The notes under the pieces were generated by a model, which saw only the letters and a program-made list of their open reading frames with translations, did no database searches and was not told where the DNA came from. A stretch of DNA of 64,000 nt, from assembly GCA_028534125.1 (NCBI GenBank), contig CM052816.1, forward strand, positions 29,452,001 to 29,516,000, given 5' to 3'. Positions within the stretch are counted from its first letter, which is position 1; every line of letters begins with the position of its first letter. The stretch is from Lama glama. Its lineage: Eukaryota. Positions 52,163 to 64,000 of this stretch are shown here, piece after piece. The position numbers and the translations under genes are program-made.

Positions 52163-54693
52163 GAATCCCACTATGTATGGGAACTCAGAGCAGTTTGATT
52201 GGGAAAATGGCAAAATAATGCAGTAAGGGAGTATATAATACATAAAATAAAACAAATGTCTAATTTGGATGCCTGCCTTTTCCCATCTATAGATATAATA
52301 AATATTAAGAGTTTGCTGTGTTTCCTTTCAGATTTGTTCTTTGAATATTCAAAATTCATACATGCAAGTTTTTTTTTTTAAAAATTAGGATAATAATATA
52401 CAGTTCTACAAATACATTTTTTACTTTTTTAGCCATTGTCCCACACTGGTACATAAAATCCACCTCATTCTTGTGCTATGTAGTACTACACTGTATTGTA
52501 TTGTAACTTTTTAAAGCTTTTCCCTATAGAATTTCCTATTTTCCCTACTATAAAAAGCCCTGCTTTGAACATTCTTACATATGTACCTCTGAGTATTTAT
52601 GCAGGACAGACATCTAGAAAAGGGAAAGCTTTGTCAAAGGGCGTAATTTAAAATTGGTAGATGAAGTCAAAATTAAACCCTAAGTGGTAATATTAACTTA
52701 CACACCCATTTTTCCTTATAGTCAACAATGTATACTACTAGAATTTTAAGTATTTATTAGCTTACAGAAAAAAAGGCTCATTTTAATGTGCATTTCGTCA
52801 GTTATTAGGGAGTTATTGGTCATGTATAGTGCTTTTTTTTTGGTAAACTGATTATTCATATTGTCTTATTCTCTATTAAGTCGTCTTTCAAAAAAATTGA
52901 ATGATAGAGCAAACAGTAGGAATACTGACCCTTTGTTTACTGTATTTATTATAAATATTTTTCCAGGATTTATCCTTTTTGTGGTTTCTCCTATGTTTTT
53001 TGGAGTAGGTCTAGGTACATTCCTTAGAAAGAGTGTTTGGAATGTGCTAGGTCTTTGCATACTTAAAAATGTGCTTTACTTTGCCACCAAATCTAAATGA
53101 CAGTTTGACCCCATTCCTTATTCAACAGAATTTCATGAATATTGTTCCACAGTCTCTGTGTAAACTCTATTTATGAGTAGGTCAGGGCCATTAATTTTAA
53201 ATGGGGGGCCTGGAGAGGTTGTAAGTAATCATTTTTAACCCTACTTCATCCTAGAAAGCTCTCTTTATCTTTCAATTAAAAAAATCAAATAATCAGGATG
53301 TGTCTAGGCATGTGTTGTTTCTCAATACTTTTGCCTAGTACCTGGTAGCCCCTTTCTTTCTTAAAATTCCATTTTCTGCTTTGGGGAAATTTTTATTTTT
53401 CCTTTTAATGTATGTTTCTCTTCCATCACTTTTTTCTTCCTCTGAAACATCTTTTAAATGCCTTTTATGAATTTTCCTGGATCTAGTCTCAATGTACTTT
53501 TGGGGTTAATTTCCTAATGTGTAGTTCCCAATCAAAAACTTGATTTTCAAATATTTGCATTTTGCTATTCAGCCCTTGTAATCAGTAGTTCCCCTCCTCA
53601 CACGATTTTTGGGAATCATGTGTTGTTAATTTCCAAAAATTCTTTACTGTTCTGCTGCCTTTGTTTCATAGCATCCTGATCTTGTTTTTACAAAGGAGGA
53701 TCTTCCTGAATTCAATGAATTATTCCTCACAGGTCTTTTTTTCTGCTAAATGCCCCCTTTAGGCTCTTAGTTTTTCTGATGTTCAATGACTTCTGACAAA
53801 ATGATCAGTATTACTGTGATAGAGTATGGGTTATCTGTTTCATTTATTCTAGTAGGCTTCCCTACTAAGGGAGATAGTTGTGCTATTTGGCTCCATAGTG
53901 GCTATGGTGAATTAACAGTAAGTTGACTGCCAGTCCAAAGATACTAGGGCAGGCAATAAAGAATAGTTTGTTGTGCCTTAAAATAGCCCTTATGGAAGGT
54001 TACAGTGAGTGTTAAATCTGTAAAATAATTCCAATTGCAGAAAGACTTCAATGTCACACTAAAGAATTTGGGCTTTTACATACAATAAGCAAGCTGAGGG
54101 TTCTTGAAAAGAACAATATTATCTCATCTATAGTATAGTTATATAATTATGCTATTTGTTATATAACTTTGTTGGCAACATGAAGGAAGCATTAGAGAGA
54201 GAAGCATTGAAGTACAGAGATTAGTTAGGAGCAATATAATACTGACAAAGTGGGAAAACATTAGCATGTAAATGATACTGATAGGTTATATATCTGAAAT
54301 CATAGTAGAATTCTAAAGGCTTCTAGATGAAATCCATTTAATTTCCCAATAAGAAGCAAAGAATGTTTCTAATTGGTATCAGGAAATTATTTGCTCTCGA
54401 TTTTGCTTCATAACTACAGGAAAAATTATCACTGACTTCTGTGAAACAGCAACAGTCATCTGATAAACGTGGTGGGCAAAAAGGTTGCAGCACACCATGA
54501 CACAAGTAACATGTGAGGAGGGTGGAATACCTGGAGGTTGAGGGTAAAGGAAAGGCAAGATGTACTATTAGCTAAGGCCTAAAGAGTAGGCTGATTTCCC
54601 CTTTAATAGTTGTTTTAAGTGCCAGTGAGATAGCAAGGGCAGAGACAGGCAGTTTGAGGAACAGAGGATTATGGGAAATGAAGACAATAAGAG

Positions 54694-55055
54694 CAGGGTT
54701 GGCAAACTTTCCTAAAAGGCCCATACAGTAAATATTTTAGGTTTGCCACTATAAAGTCTTTGTTCTCCTGAACTCTGTTATTGTACTGGGAAAATATCAT
54801 AGAAAGCAAATAATGAATGGGTTAGCTGTGTTTCAATAAAACTTTATTTACAAAACAGGTGGCAAGGCCATAGTTTGTAATGCCTAGTCCCAGTGCAGTG
54901 CTTCTCAAAACTTTAATGTGTACAGATCACAAGAGTAACTGAACAAAATACAGATGATGATTTGACAGATCTGGAGTAGAGTCAACAACCTACATTTCTA
55001 ATAAGCTCCCAGAGAGTACTTACTACTTGGTATTTGACCATACTTTGAGTATAGG
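54694..55055. mobile_element. hAT-Charlie MITEs (MER58A-like followed by MER5-like)
   Basis: cagggttggcaaacttt...tcaataaaactttatttacaaaaacagg, then cagtgcttctcaaaactttaatgtg...catactttgagt. Confidence 0.75.
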
Positions 55056-55361
55056 TTCTAAGATAAAGAAAGCAGAAGTATTTAATAAAAAATGTGTAAT
55101 ATAAGGTAATGCTATAACCATTTGGTCCTTAAGCATCATTTAGGAGAATTTTAATGGACATACATTCACTGACTTTCCAGGAAGAACCAAGTGAATTTAA
55201 GTTTCCTTTGAGATAAATTTTTTAAAAAGGAATTCATAAGGATGGATTAATACTTCACCATTAGCTCATTGAGCTGCTTTCTTTAGAAACCCAAATGAGT
55301 AACATTTATAAACCTCCAACAAAAGCAAACCATTTTCTCTATATACATTTTTATGTACTAC

Positions 55362-55489
55362 CTTATTTCCCTGATAGTTAAATCTCATTCTTGTAACTCT
55401 TGAATTGCCACCAGATCGGAAACAGGTTATTTGTTGAGAATGGCCCCATTCAAACATTCTGACACTTCCATCTTGAGCTCCTGTCAGAT
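55362..55489 (-). CDS. DMXL1: DMXL1 coding exon, 128 nt (Y-LTGAQDGSVRMFEWGHSQQITCFRSGGNSRVTRMRFNYQGNK), WD40
   Basis: aatgcag acceptor and gtagta donor. Contains the WD40 signature LTGAQDGSVRMFEW. Overlaps ORF 55266..55457(-). Confidence 0.96.
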
Positions 55490-55840
55490 CTGCATTATGA
55501 GGGAAAAAACTTCAAATTTATTTCAGGAGTCTTTGACAAATTTATTTTTTAATCCAATGAGAAAATCTTCATGGAAGAAATACCTAAGAAATGAATCATA
55601 GTCAATTTAAGTGAATTTACCTTCATAAGAAATTCCCCTTGAATACTCTTAATCCTAAAAACAGATAATTATATGATCTTTTTTTCATCTGACTGAGAAT
55701 ATATTCTTCCACAAAATAAAAGAAGCAATTAAATCAGACCTCTATAAACTTTATTTCCTATTGAAATTATCTCAATTATGCTCTAATAAGCCTTTAGTAA
55801 ATAAACTTTTATGATAAAGACTTAAATTCTTGGGATTACT

Positions 55841-55965
55841 TAAGTTTGTACAGTGACAGATGGTTAACTATACTTATCATGGTCATCATTTTGTAATGTA
55901 TAAAAATATTGAATCACTACAGCTGAGACTAACATAATATTTTAAGTCAATTGTATTTTTTTTTA
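55841..55965 (+). mobile_element. Short L1 3' fragment
   Basis: L1 3' UTR motifs. Approximate TSD ttgggattact / ttggcgattact. Confidence 0.6.
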
Positions 55966-58231
55966 AAAATTGGCGATTACTAACAGCCAATTCTTATCAA
56001 TCATATTATTAATGTTTAAAAATTTATGCATTCTTCTCTGAAAAAAAGATTTTGGAAGGTCTGGAAAGTCATGCTAAAAAAATCATTTCTAATGGTTACT
56101 ATGATTGACCTGATATCTCTAATATATGTTATCTGTTTGTTTTGAAATGTTTTAATGCTGGGCTGGGATGGAACCTTGGGTAGAATTTCTTGAGACTAGG
56201 GATGTTAATTCTATCCCCTCTCCCATATAATCTTCCTCAGCTTAATCAAAAAAAATTAATTAGATGAATTTTAAAACCACTCAAATTTTTCTATTATTTA
56301 TGATTTTATTTAATTTATTTGAAAAAAATCCCTACTAGAAGCTTACATGTAAAATAATAGGCTCTCTTAAGAGAATATTTAGTTTATAAACTAAAATTTT
56401 AAAAAACAAAGGTTTCTGTAATCAGGCTGTCTGAGCAAATATCCCTCATTAGTATCTGAAAAGAGTTACATCATATAAGTAAAGAGTTAAATGCAATCTT
56501 AAAAATCTTAATATGTTCATTATTTTTTGTAAAGTGGGGCTTTCGTTTTAAGACTTACATTTCTATTTTAATACAAACCAGTAGATTAACTTCTAAAAAA
56601 TTTCTCTGGAGTAGAAATCCAAAAGTATTTGTTTATAATGACTGAGATTTAAAAAAAAAAGAAAGAAAGAAAAAAAATCTACTCCAAAGGAAAAAAGCAA
56701 CTGTTTTGAGCTATCTGTAATTCAGAATAAAATTTTTAAAATTTGTTTCAAAACACTTCTAGTACATAAAAAAAGCCTACTATTGAACTAAATTAGTATC
56801 TGTGGGACTTGTTCATGACATGAAAAAAATACTGTAAAAAAATTTCCGTGATTAATTTAATATGCATTTAATTTTTCAAGCTCTTTATCTTCCAGTTATG
56901 GTAGTTCTCTGATTGCAGAAAGTACTTACCCCAAGACAGAAGTGACCTGATGTTACCCAATAATTTTGAAAATAAGTCCTTAATTGTCTTTGAGGCCAGG
57001 GATCATTTAAACTAGTCACCTGTCATGACACATGATTTGGGGCTGAGAAAAATAAAGTCCCTTCAATATTTCAGGAAACTTCTAAACCCTACTGCATAAA
57101 GTATAGATTTTAAGTAATGCCAAATTTTCTTGCAGTGGGTGTAATAATATTTAAGCTTTGTATATAAAACACCTTTGACTCCTTACTGTATACGCTTCAT
57201 GACTGTTTCTGGTTCTCACTTTACGTTAGACTTGCAGACAGAAAACATATACTTGTAGTGTTGAATAAATTCAGTGTAGTGAAAAGAAACTATAAGGTTC
57301 TCCTGAGCCCTTTAACTGGACATTGGTATACAACTTTGATAATATATGCTTACAGCACCTATGATAATTAGGTAGAAAGGATCATTAGTTTTGTCATTTG
57401 TATTTTATCAGAATATCTCTCATAAAAAATGTGGTACCTATAGGTTATTAAATTGGAGGGACATAAATATCTTTTTAATCCACATGCATTGTTTTCACTA
57501 TTTTTGTTACTGTATTATGTTATTATAAGATAAAGGGCACAAATTAAAAATTGTATTAAAAAAACTTGAAATACTCACATGCCAATATGAATACTGATTC
57601 CAACCCACCAGTTAATTTTAAAGTTGTGTTTATTATTTTGTCTCTGCTTCAACACTTCCAATAAATTCCCCATTAATTAAGCTCTTTGTTAAAGGAAGAA
57701 AAACTTTTGAGATTCCTAGGAAGATTAACTGAAAATAAATATATCCTGCCTTAGAATCTAGGAACTTACTAGAAACCATTTCCTATACTTACTATTAGTG
57801 TATCTGATAAAAGAGAAATTGACAAAATATCAATAAAATAAAATAAAATACAAACTGATTATGATGAGGCTATAAATGACCAAGATATGGTTCTGGTCTA
57901 TTTTAAAAAGAGATAAGAGTGATCCTATTATTAAAGCGATAATTATCAACTATAATTTAACATTGTGTAAAAAGTCTAGAAATGTTCAAAAATAAAATGT
58001 GCCAACTTAGAAACATGCAGTCAAAATGTTATAAATTTACACATTAAGTTAGCCTTCTCTATTAATTCAGGAAAATTACTTTTTCTATTTTTACCCAATT
58101 TTGAAATAATTTTATTTGCTAGAAAACATTCTCCACAAAACATAAATAAAGTAAGTGCTGACTATCTTTCAATTGAAACTAAAAGTTCTCTTTAAATTCC
58201 TTAAAATAATGGCTAATTATTATCAACTTAC

Positions 58232-58292
58232 AGTAAGGAAGAGTTGGATGAGAAGTCATTCTTCTGACATTATTAATGGCTTTTTTAATCAT
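58232..58292 (-). CDS. DMXL1: DMXL1 coding exon, 61 nt (MIKKAINNVRRMTSHPTLPY+T)
   Basis: ttaacag acceptor and gtaagt donor; phase 0 in, phase 1 out. Confidence 0.95.
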
Positions 58293-61200
58293 CTGTTAAC
58301 ACATAAAAATCATTCTTTTATAGTTACAATAAAAAGTAGTATTAAAAATTTAAACTGTGACAGGAAATTCAAGTAACATTTATTTATATGTGATTACATA
58401 ACATAACTAACATAATGGGTGCTAAAAATACTAAACGTAGTAACAAATAAAATTAAATAACTCAGCTCTCTTACATATTAGTGTACATAAATTTTCTGGG
58501 TCACTGACTTGGATCTAAGAACAAATTCACCTCAAGAATTTAGTCTTACCTCCTTTCTTGCCAATTCCTTTCTGATCCCATTAAATTTATTGGAATAATC
58601 CTGAATAGTATAAGGTTAAAAAGACAGGCAGAGCATGTGAAAAAAAAGAGGTAAACAGAAGATTGTATAAATTTTTAATTGATAGTTTGGAACTATTTAT
58701 TTACCCATTTTTAAATCATGCTTAAATCATTTAAGTAGCCTGTCAAGTAAGGGTAAAGAAATATGTGAAATTAAAGGGATAATTTTAATTTATAGACCAT
58801 TTCCTATTTATACACTGTAACTACAGGTATAGGTTATCCTAAGATTGTAGCACCAGTCTCATGTACTTTTTTTGTTGTTATTATTCTTTTGCATTTTAAA
58901 TTGTTTGATTAGCCCAAGGTTGTAGGTAAAGTGGAGATTTCATAGGGAAGGATAGGACTAGGCCAGCAGAACTGCTGAGAGACAGAAACAATTAAATAAA
59001 CATATGGAAGCAGGTATACTCCAAAACAGCAGAAACTGGTCATAACCTGTATTCCTTTTCATTAGTATTCACAATTTAATAACATAATAGGATTAAGAAA
59101 ATATTTGATCAAATTCTCCACACAAAAAAACAAAAATCTGCTGAATGTTACTTTTGTTTAGTAAACTCCATGTTTAAATCTCATGCTCCTTTTAATTAAA
59201 AAAAAAAGCCTAACGATTCCTGTTCTTTCTTTTATCACTTTTTTCTGATTAAAGTATCAAAGGAAAATAATGAGTAAAAAAATAAACAGAGGGTAAATAC
59301 GTTTCTGAAAGCATATGTAGAATATTATAAGCGAAAGAAATCATTAATGATTTTATTAGATCCATATAAAAAGGAATCACTTTATTATGTTGGTGTCTTT
59401 TTCCTGAGGATGGAGTAGGGTAATCTGAATGTTTGTGTTTACAAATCACAATGACCCCAACTAAAAAGATGTCCTTCTAAGATTTATGTATGAAGAAATT
59501 GCAATCCTAAGAGGAATGACAAAAGTGAATTTCCATATTGTAATACTCTGGAGAATAAACAAATATTTTCTGAGCACCTACTAAATATTAAACACCATTG
59601 TAGTTAGAGATCATCAGTGTATAAGGCAGGCATAATGTAATCTCTCAAAAAGCTTACATTGCAGAGGGTATAAAAAAGACAACCAAATAATGAAGAGATA
59701 ATTTCAAAACTGGTAAAAGCTGTAAGGATGATAAAAATGGGATAATAAGATGATAAAATGTGACTAGGGGTAGAGTATGAAGGAGCAGATACTTTTCCTA
59801 GGTAAGCAAGGGAACTCTCTGGGAATTTGAATTGAGGTCTGAATGGTAAACACAGAGCATTTTAACATGCTGATCACCCACCGTAGATCGGGTGTGTTTC
59901 TTGTGGGGCCCAAATTCACACTTCACTGCAGTATGATGCACTAACAATATATGTGCTTACAAATGATTTGTTTGTTTTTCCAGTATAATTGGAATTGTTT
60001 TATAAAACAATTTATTTTCAATTTTCAGCCTCTTTACACTGCTATTTCTTCTTGGAATGTTATTATTCTGCATGGAATAAATTCTGCATAACTGGGATGA
60101 AGGAAAGCATCACCCATATCTGGATGATGAGGCCCCTGAGGAAACTCAACTGTCACCCAGATTTGGATGACAAGGCGATCAATGTGTTAAGCAGAAAACA
60201 AGGCTAAGGCTCTGACATGGCAATAAACTTGATGTACTCAAGTAACAGAAAGAAGACAACTGTGACGAGAGCAAAGAGAATCAGGTGTGAAAAAAGGGAG
60301 ACACTGCAGCAGGAGCTAGCAGTGGTAAATCACACAGGACCTTGGAGGCCATGTTAAAGACTTGTTTTAAAGTTATACTGTGAAATCTGAAAGTTTTAAG
60401 CTGGGGAGTAATAACCTGAATGGTGCCTTAGAAAAGAGAAACTAGCTGATGTGTACAAAACAGAAGGAACAGTGTAGAAGCAGAGAGACCAGAAAGAAAG
60501 TTGCTATAGGAAGTACTGTACTGTATTTTCTGAAAATGGAGTTTGAAAAAGTCATTATTATTATTTTTCATATATTTTGTTATATTCTCTTTAAGTTCTC
60601 CTTTAAAGGATAATAATATCAGTAGGTTTTACAAGTGAATTTTAATGTATCTGTGCACTGGGAAAAAAATTAAATATTAATGACCAACTCTTTTCATTTG
60701 AATAATTACTAGATGGCTTTTCAATTTCTTCAATTTAATACTTAGAATATTCCTACCCGAAATCGCTGAGTGAAGGGGAATGGAGGGCTTTAACATAAGC
60801 ACTACCACAAATTTGAGACAGTGACCTGAGTTAAATTCCTTGACCTTTCTGGATCTGAAGCTTCAACTAAAGAATGGTAAGTAGCAGTAATTATAACAGC
60901 TACAACAGATATCTCAAACAATAATATGGTTATATGAGTGATAAAGGAACTGCATTAAATATAAAATATACCAGGTATTATTAAAGATGACTGAGCCTTT
61001 ATTTAATTAATTACCCCTATTAACTGGTAAAAAAAAATTTTTTTTGTTTTTTTGGCCAAGGAAGGAATTCTACAGGACCTAGGAAACTGGAAAGGAAAAA
61101 AAAAAATAAAAAAAAACAAAAGACCATACAGCTAGAAAGCCACTGAAAGAATTGCTGAGGCTGGGTTTCTTTGATTCTGTGTATCAACTCCTATACCCTA

Positions 61201-61453
61201 CGTGTCAACAAAGGAATCTCAAGATATAAACATGGATCAAATCGTAGGTAATCAGGGCTCAAGAGGATCCTCCATTACTATGGAAAAATTCTGTTTCAGT
61301 TCATCTGCATATTATATTTTGCTTAAACTTAACAAATTTGTATCGTTTTTATTTGTTCAAAAAAAAGAACAGTATATTTGTCTCAGCATTAAAAAGCCAT
61401 ATTCAATATAGGCACAGATGTTAGGTGATAACCATTTAAAAATATTATCTAGA

Positions 61454-61785
61454 CTAGGGGTAGACAAACCTTTTTTGAAAGGACCAGATAATAAATGTTC
61501 TGGACTTAATGGGTATATGGTCTGATACTCAATCCTACCAGTGTAGTGTGAAAGCATTCATAAATAAAATACTAAAAAATGACTGTGGCTATGTACCAAT
61601 AAAATTTTATTTACAGACAGTGAAATTTGAATTTCATATAATTTTCATATGTCACAAAATATTACTGTTCTTTTGATTTTTTTTTCAATGGCTGAAAAAT
61701 ATAAACAGCATTCTTAGCGTGTTGTCCACATAAAAACAGGTGGCAGGCAGGATCTGACCCAGACTAGTGTGCTGAGGCCTGATTT
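61454..61785 (+). mobile_element. MER58B-like hAT MITE
   Basis: ggggtagacaaacctttttt...gtaccaataaaattttatttacagac...aaaacaggtggcaggcaggat. Confidence 0.78.
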
Positions 61786-62034
61786 GGACCAGTAAGTTCC
61801 AAATTATTATTTGATACAGCTCTTTGTATTTTAAATTTTATTTTATTTTATTTAAAATAATTTTGTTATCCTTTTCAAATGAAAACATACTGTTCTTCAT
61901 AATCAAAATTTACAATTTCCAGCAAGTATGATTTACTAAAAAAGTTAGGAATTAAAAAAAAGTTTATATCATCCTTTATCAAGTTAGAGGGAAACAGAGG
62001 ACATTTATACACATATATTTTAATTTTTACATAC

Positions 62035-62176
62035 CACAGATGCTCCTCTGCCAGTCTGTGTGCTACCAAGCCATGGCATGTTTATTGGAGTACCAGGATT
62101 GCTATGTGTATATGGGGTTGTACCTTGCACAGCTGTTAAATCATCACGAGCATGTATAACCAAGAAATCTTCTGAC
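62035..62176 (-). CDS. DMXL1: DMXL1 coding exon, 142 nt (G-SEDFLVIHARDDLTAVQGTTPYTHSNPGTPINMPWLGSTQTGRGASV)
   Basis: tttgtag acceptor and gtatgt donor. Overlaps ORF 62020..62208(-). In frame with its neighbours. Confidence 0.96.
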
Positions 62177-62543
62177 CTACAAAGGAATGCCAACCAGAAT
62201 GAAAGCAACTCATCAGTTGTTTATTTCTTCTCTTATACCTGGAAGCTCTAACACATGACTGTATTTCCCTATAAAATTAATTTTCTTCAGCTCTTCACTC
62301 CTAATTTGTAAACAATTGTTTCATACATGAACCATTTCAGATCCTTTCACTTATTTTCTTCTAAACCTCAACTCCTTTCTTTAAAACTCCTGCCATCCCT
62401 TCTTTACTCTTTAGCATTATCAGCTTCTACTTTGCTTACAATCTAGAAATATTCCTTTAAAAAAATCATTTGAAAATTATAGTTCTGTGGGTATCATCAT
62501 TCATACTGCAATGTCATTGAATAAAAACCAAGTATAACAGTAC

Positions 62544-62665
62544 CCTTTGGTTTCCATTTCTATATCATCATCTACCCAAGTATAGATCTGTGTGGCCAGA
62601 ATTCCAGAAACATCCAGTTCTTGAACATCATGGCTCGAAGCAATTGCTATGCAGTTTCTATTTGC
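62544..62665 (-). CDS. DMXL1: DMXL1 coding exon, 122 nt (ANRNCIAIASSHDVQELDVSGILATQIYTWVDDDIEMETK+GG)
   Basis: ttttcag acceptor and gtactg donor on the minus strand. Translation matches the DMXL1 C-terminal region as I recall it. Its phase-2 end joins the next exon. Confidence 0.95.
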
Positions 62666-63622
62666 CTGAAAAATAAATCATACAGTAATCTTTAAATAAA
62701 AAAGCATAATATGTATATGGGCTACTTTTGAAAATGGAGACTACAATAGTGTCTCCATAAATGATAACTTTTAAGGTACAAAATACATACTAGTCTCACA
62801 AATCAGCATTTTAAATTAATTTTAATAATTAAACTTTGAGTGAAATAATCATCAGCTTGAGCTTAGAGATATGTTTATGTTCTAAGAACTCAAGAGTATC
62901 CAAAAGAAAGCCAGTTATAAGTGAAATGCATGTGCAGCTTTATTTCTTCTTCCAGCATTGTCTCTCTAGTGTACTAAAATGGTACAATCTCCCTAAAGTT
63001 TGCACAGCTCAGACATGTAGAAGGAGATGTTGAGGAAGACAGGAGCCCTGGAAGGCACAGAAAAGTGAGGGAGATAAGGAACACCAAACTAAAGAAATAA
63101 TTTTTTAGCAAAAATGTGAAAAAATTAAATGACACACTCTTATACAGTCAATAGCAATCTTTGTATATATGGGCCACTGTTCATTACTAGTTACTTATAC
63201 ACACCCAAATAAAAGAAAAAACCCAGTTTGTTTTATTGCAGAGAATGTTTAAAATAATATTTTCTTCAGGGGAAGGAAGGTACTTATTGGGTGTAGATAA
63301 TAATTTTGTATTTCACATGTATATATCATATTTATATCTATTACATCATGAGAACTGCCTGGCTAAGGGCTAATTTCAGCCTCGACTGTCTTGTATCTAT
63401 AGTATTCAAGAGTGTCTATAAGGAAAATGAGACAAAGAACACAGGGAAAGATGAGGCCAGAATGACAAAGGAACTATCTAGGAGAAATGAAAGAAAAGAT
63501 AGACACAGCAAAGGAAGATAAAGAACCAACTGGTGAAATGATTATTAAATGGGTAATGCCATAGGATATGTATATAAATTTTATTTTTAAATTATTTTAA
63601 GAATAGGAATAAGTGAAAAAAA

Positions 63623-63660
63623 TGTGTGTGTGTACACACACACACACACACACATACATA
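63623..63660 (+). repeat. (TG)n-TA-(CA)n microsatellite
   Basis: Visible directly in the sequence. Confidence 0.9.
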
Positions 63661-64000
63661 TCCTTTAAGTTAATGGAAATAAAAGGAAACAAGTAACTAG
63701 AAGTCACCGTACATTTTACACTAAGGCAACAAGGGGAAAATGAGTATGACAAATTTTAACCTTGGACCACTGTACCTAAGGCTATCTCTTCTGCGAGTAG
63801 CTTAGAGATTCTTCTAAGAAGAATGCTGATTAGAAAGCTAAAGAATACTAGCTGGGCAGGTATTGTAGCTGAAAGTCAAAGAGGGAGAATGTCTGTGAGT
63901 CATATATAAGCTTAATTTTGACCTATATTAAGAATCAGATTCAACATATTCATATAAGGAAAATAGAAAACATTTTCTTTGGATTACTGTTACAATCTGT

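Noticed and set aside
59381..59424. Possible extra DMXL1 exon (ITLLHPQEKDTNII...)
   Set aside because: Poor polypyrimidine tract, weak donor and not frame-preserving.
1..64000. Novel multi-gene system, CRISPR array or prokaryotic-type operon
   Set aside because: The window is explained by a spliced mammalian gene end, a CpG-island first exon and interspersed repeats. I saw no regularly spaced repeat array or unexplained long ORF.

Overview
Mammalian genomic DNA, most likely camelid given its Vic-1-like tRNA-derived SINEs. The right part (about 41.6-62.7 kb, minus strand) holds the last nine coding exons and 3' UTR of DMXL1 (Rabconnectin-3a-like, C-terminal WD40 repeats). These exons have canonical AG/GT boundaries, consistent phases and a TAG stop at 43560-43562. 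About 8 kb downstream lies a CpG-island promoter with a minus-strand first exon ending at 33217. By gene order this is best interpreted as the distal first exon of TNFAIP8, which would make 1-33216 TNFAIP8 intron 1, rich in L1, L2/MIR, MaLR LTR, DNA-transposon and SINE relics. I see no novel multi-gene system. The best leads are two in-frame candidate cassette exons in one DMXL1 intron (51 nt at 58550-58600 and 30 nt at 59215-59244), candidate poison exons in the next intron, a probable intron-split ATG for TNFAIP8, and some informative retrotransposon junctions. Repeat family names and reference protein matches come from recognition by eye, not from database searches.
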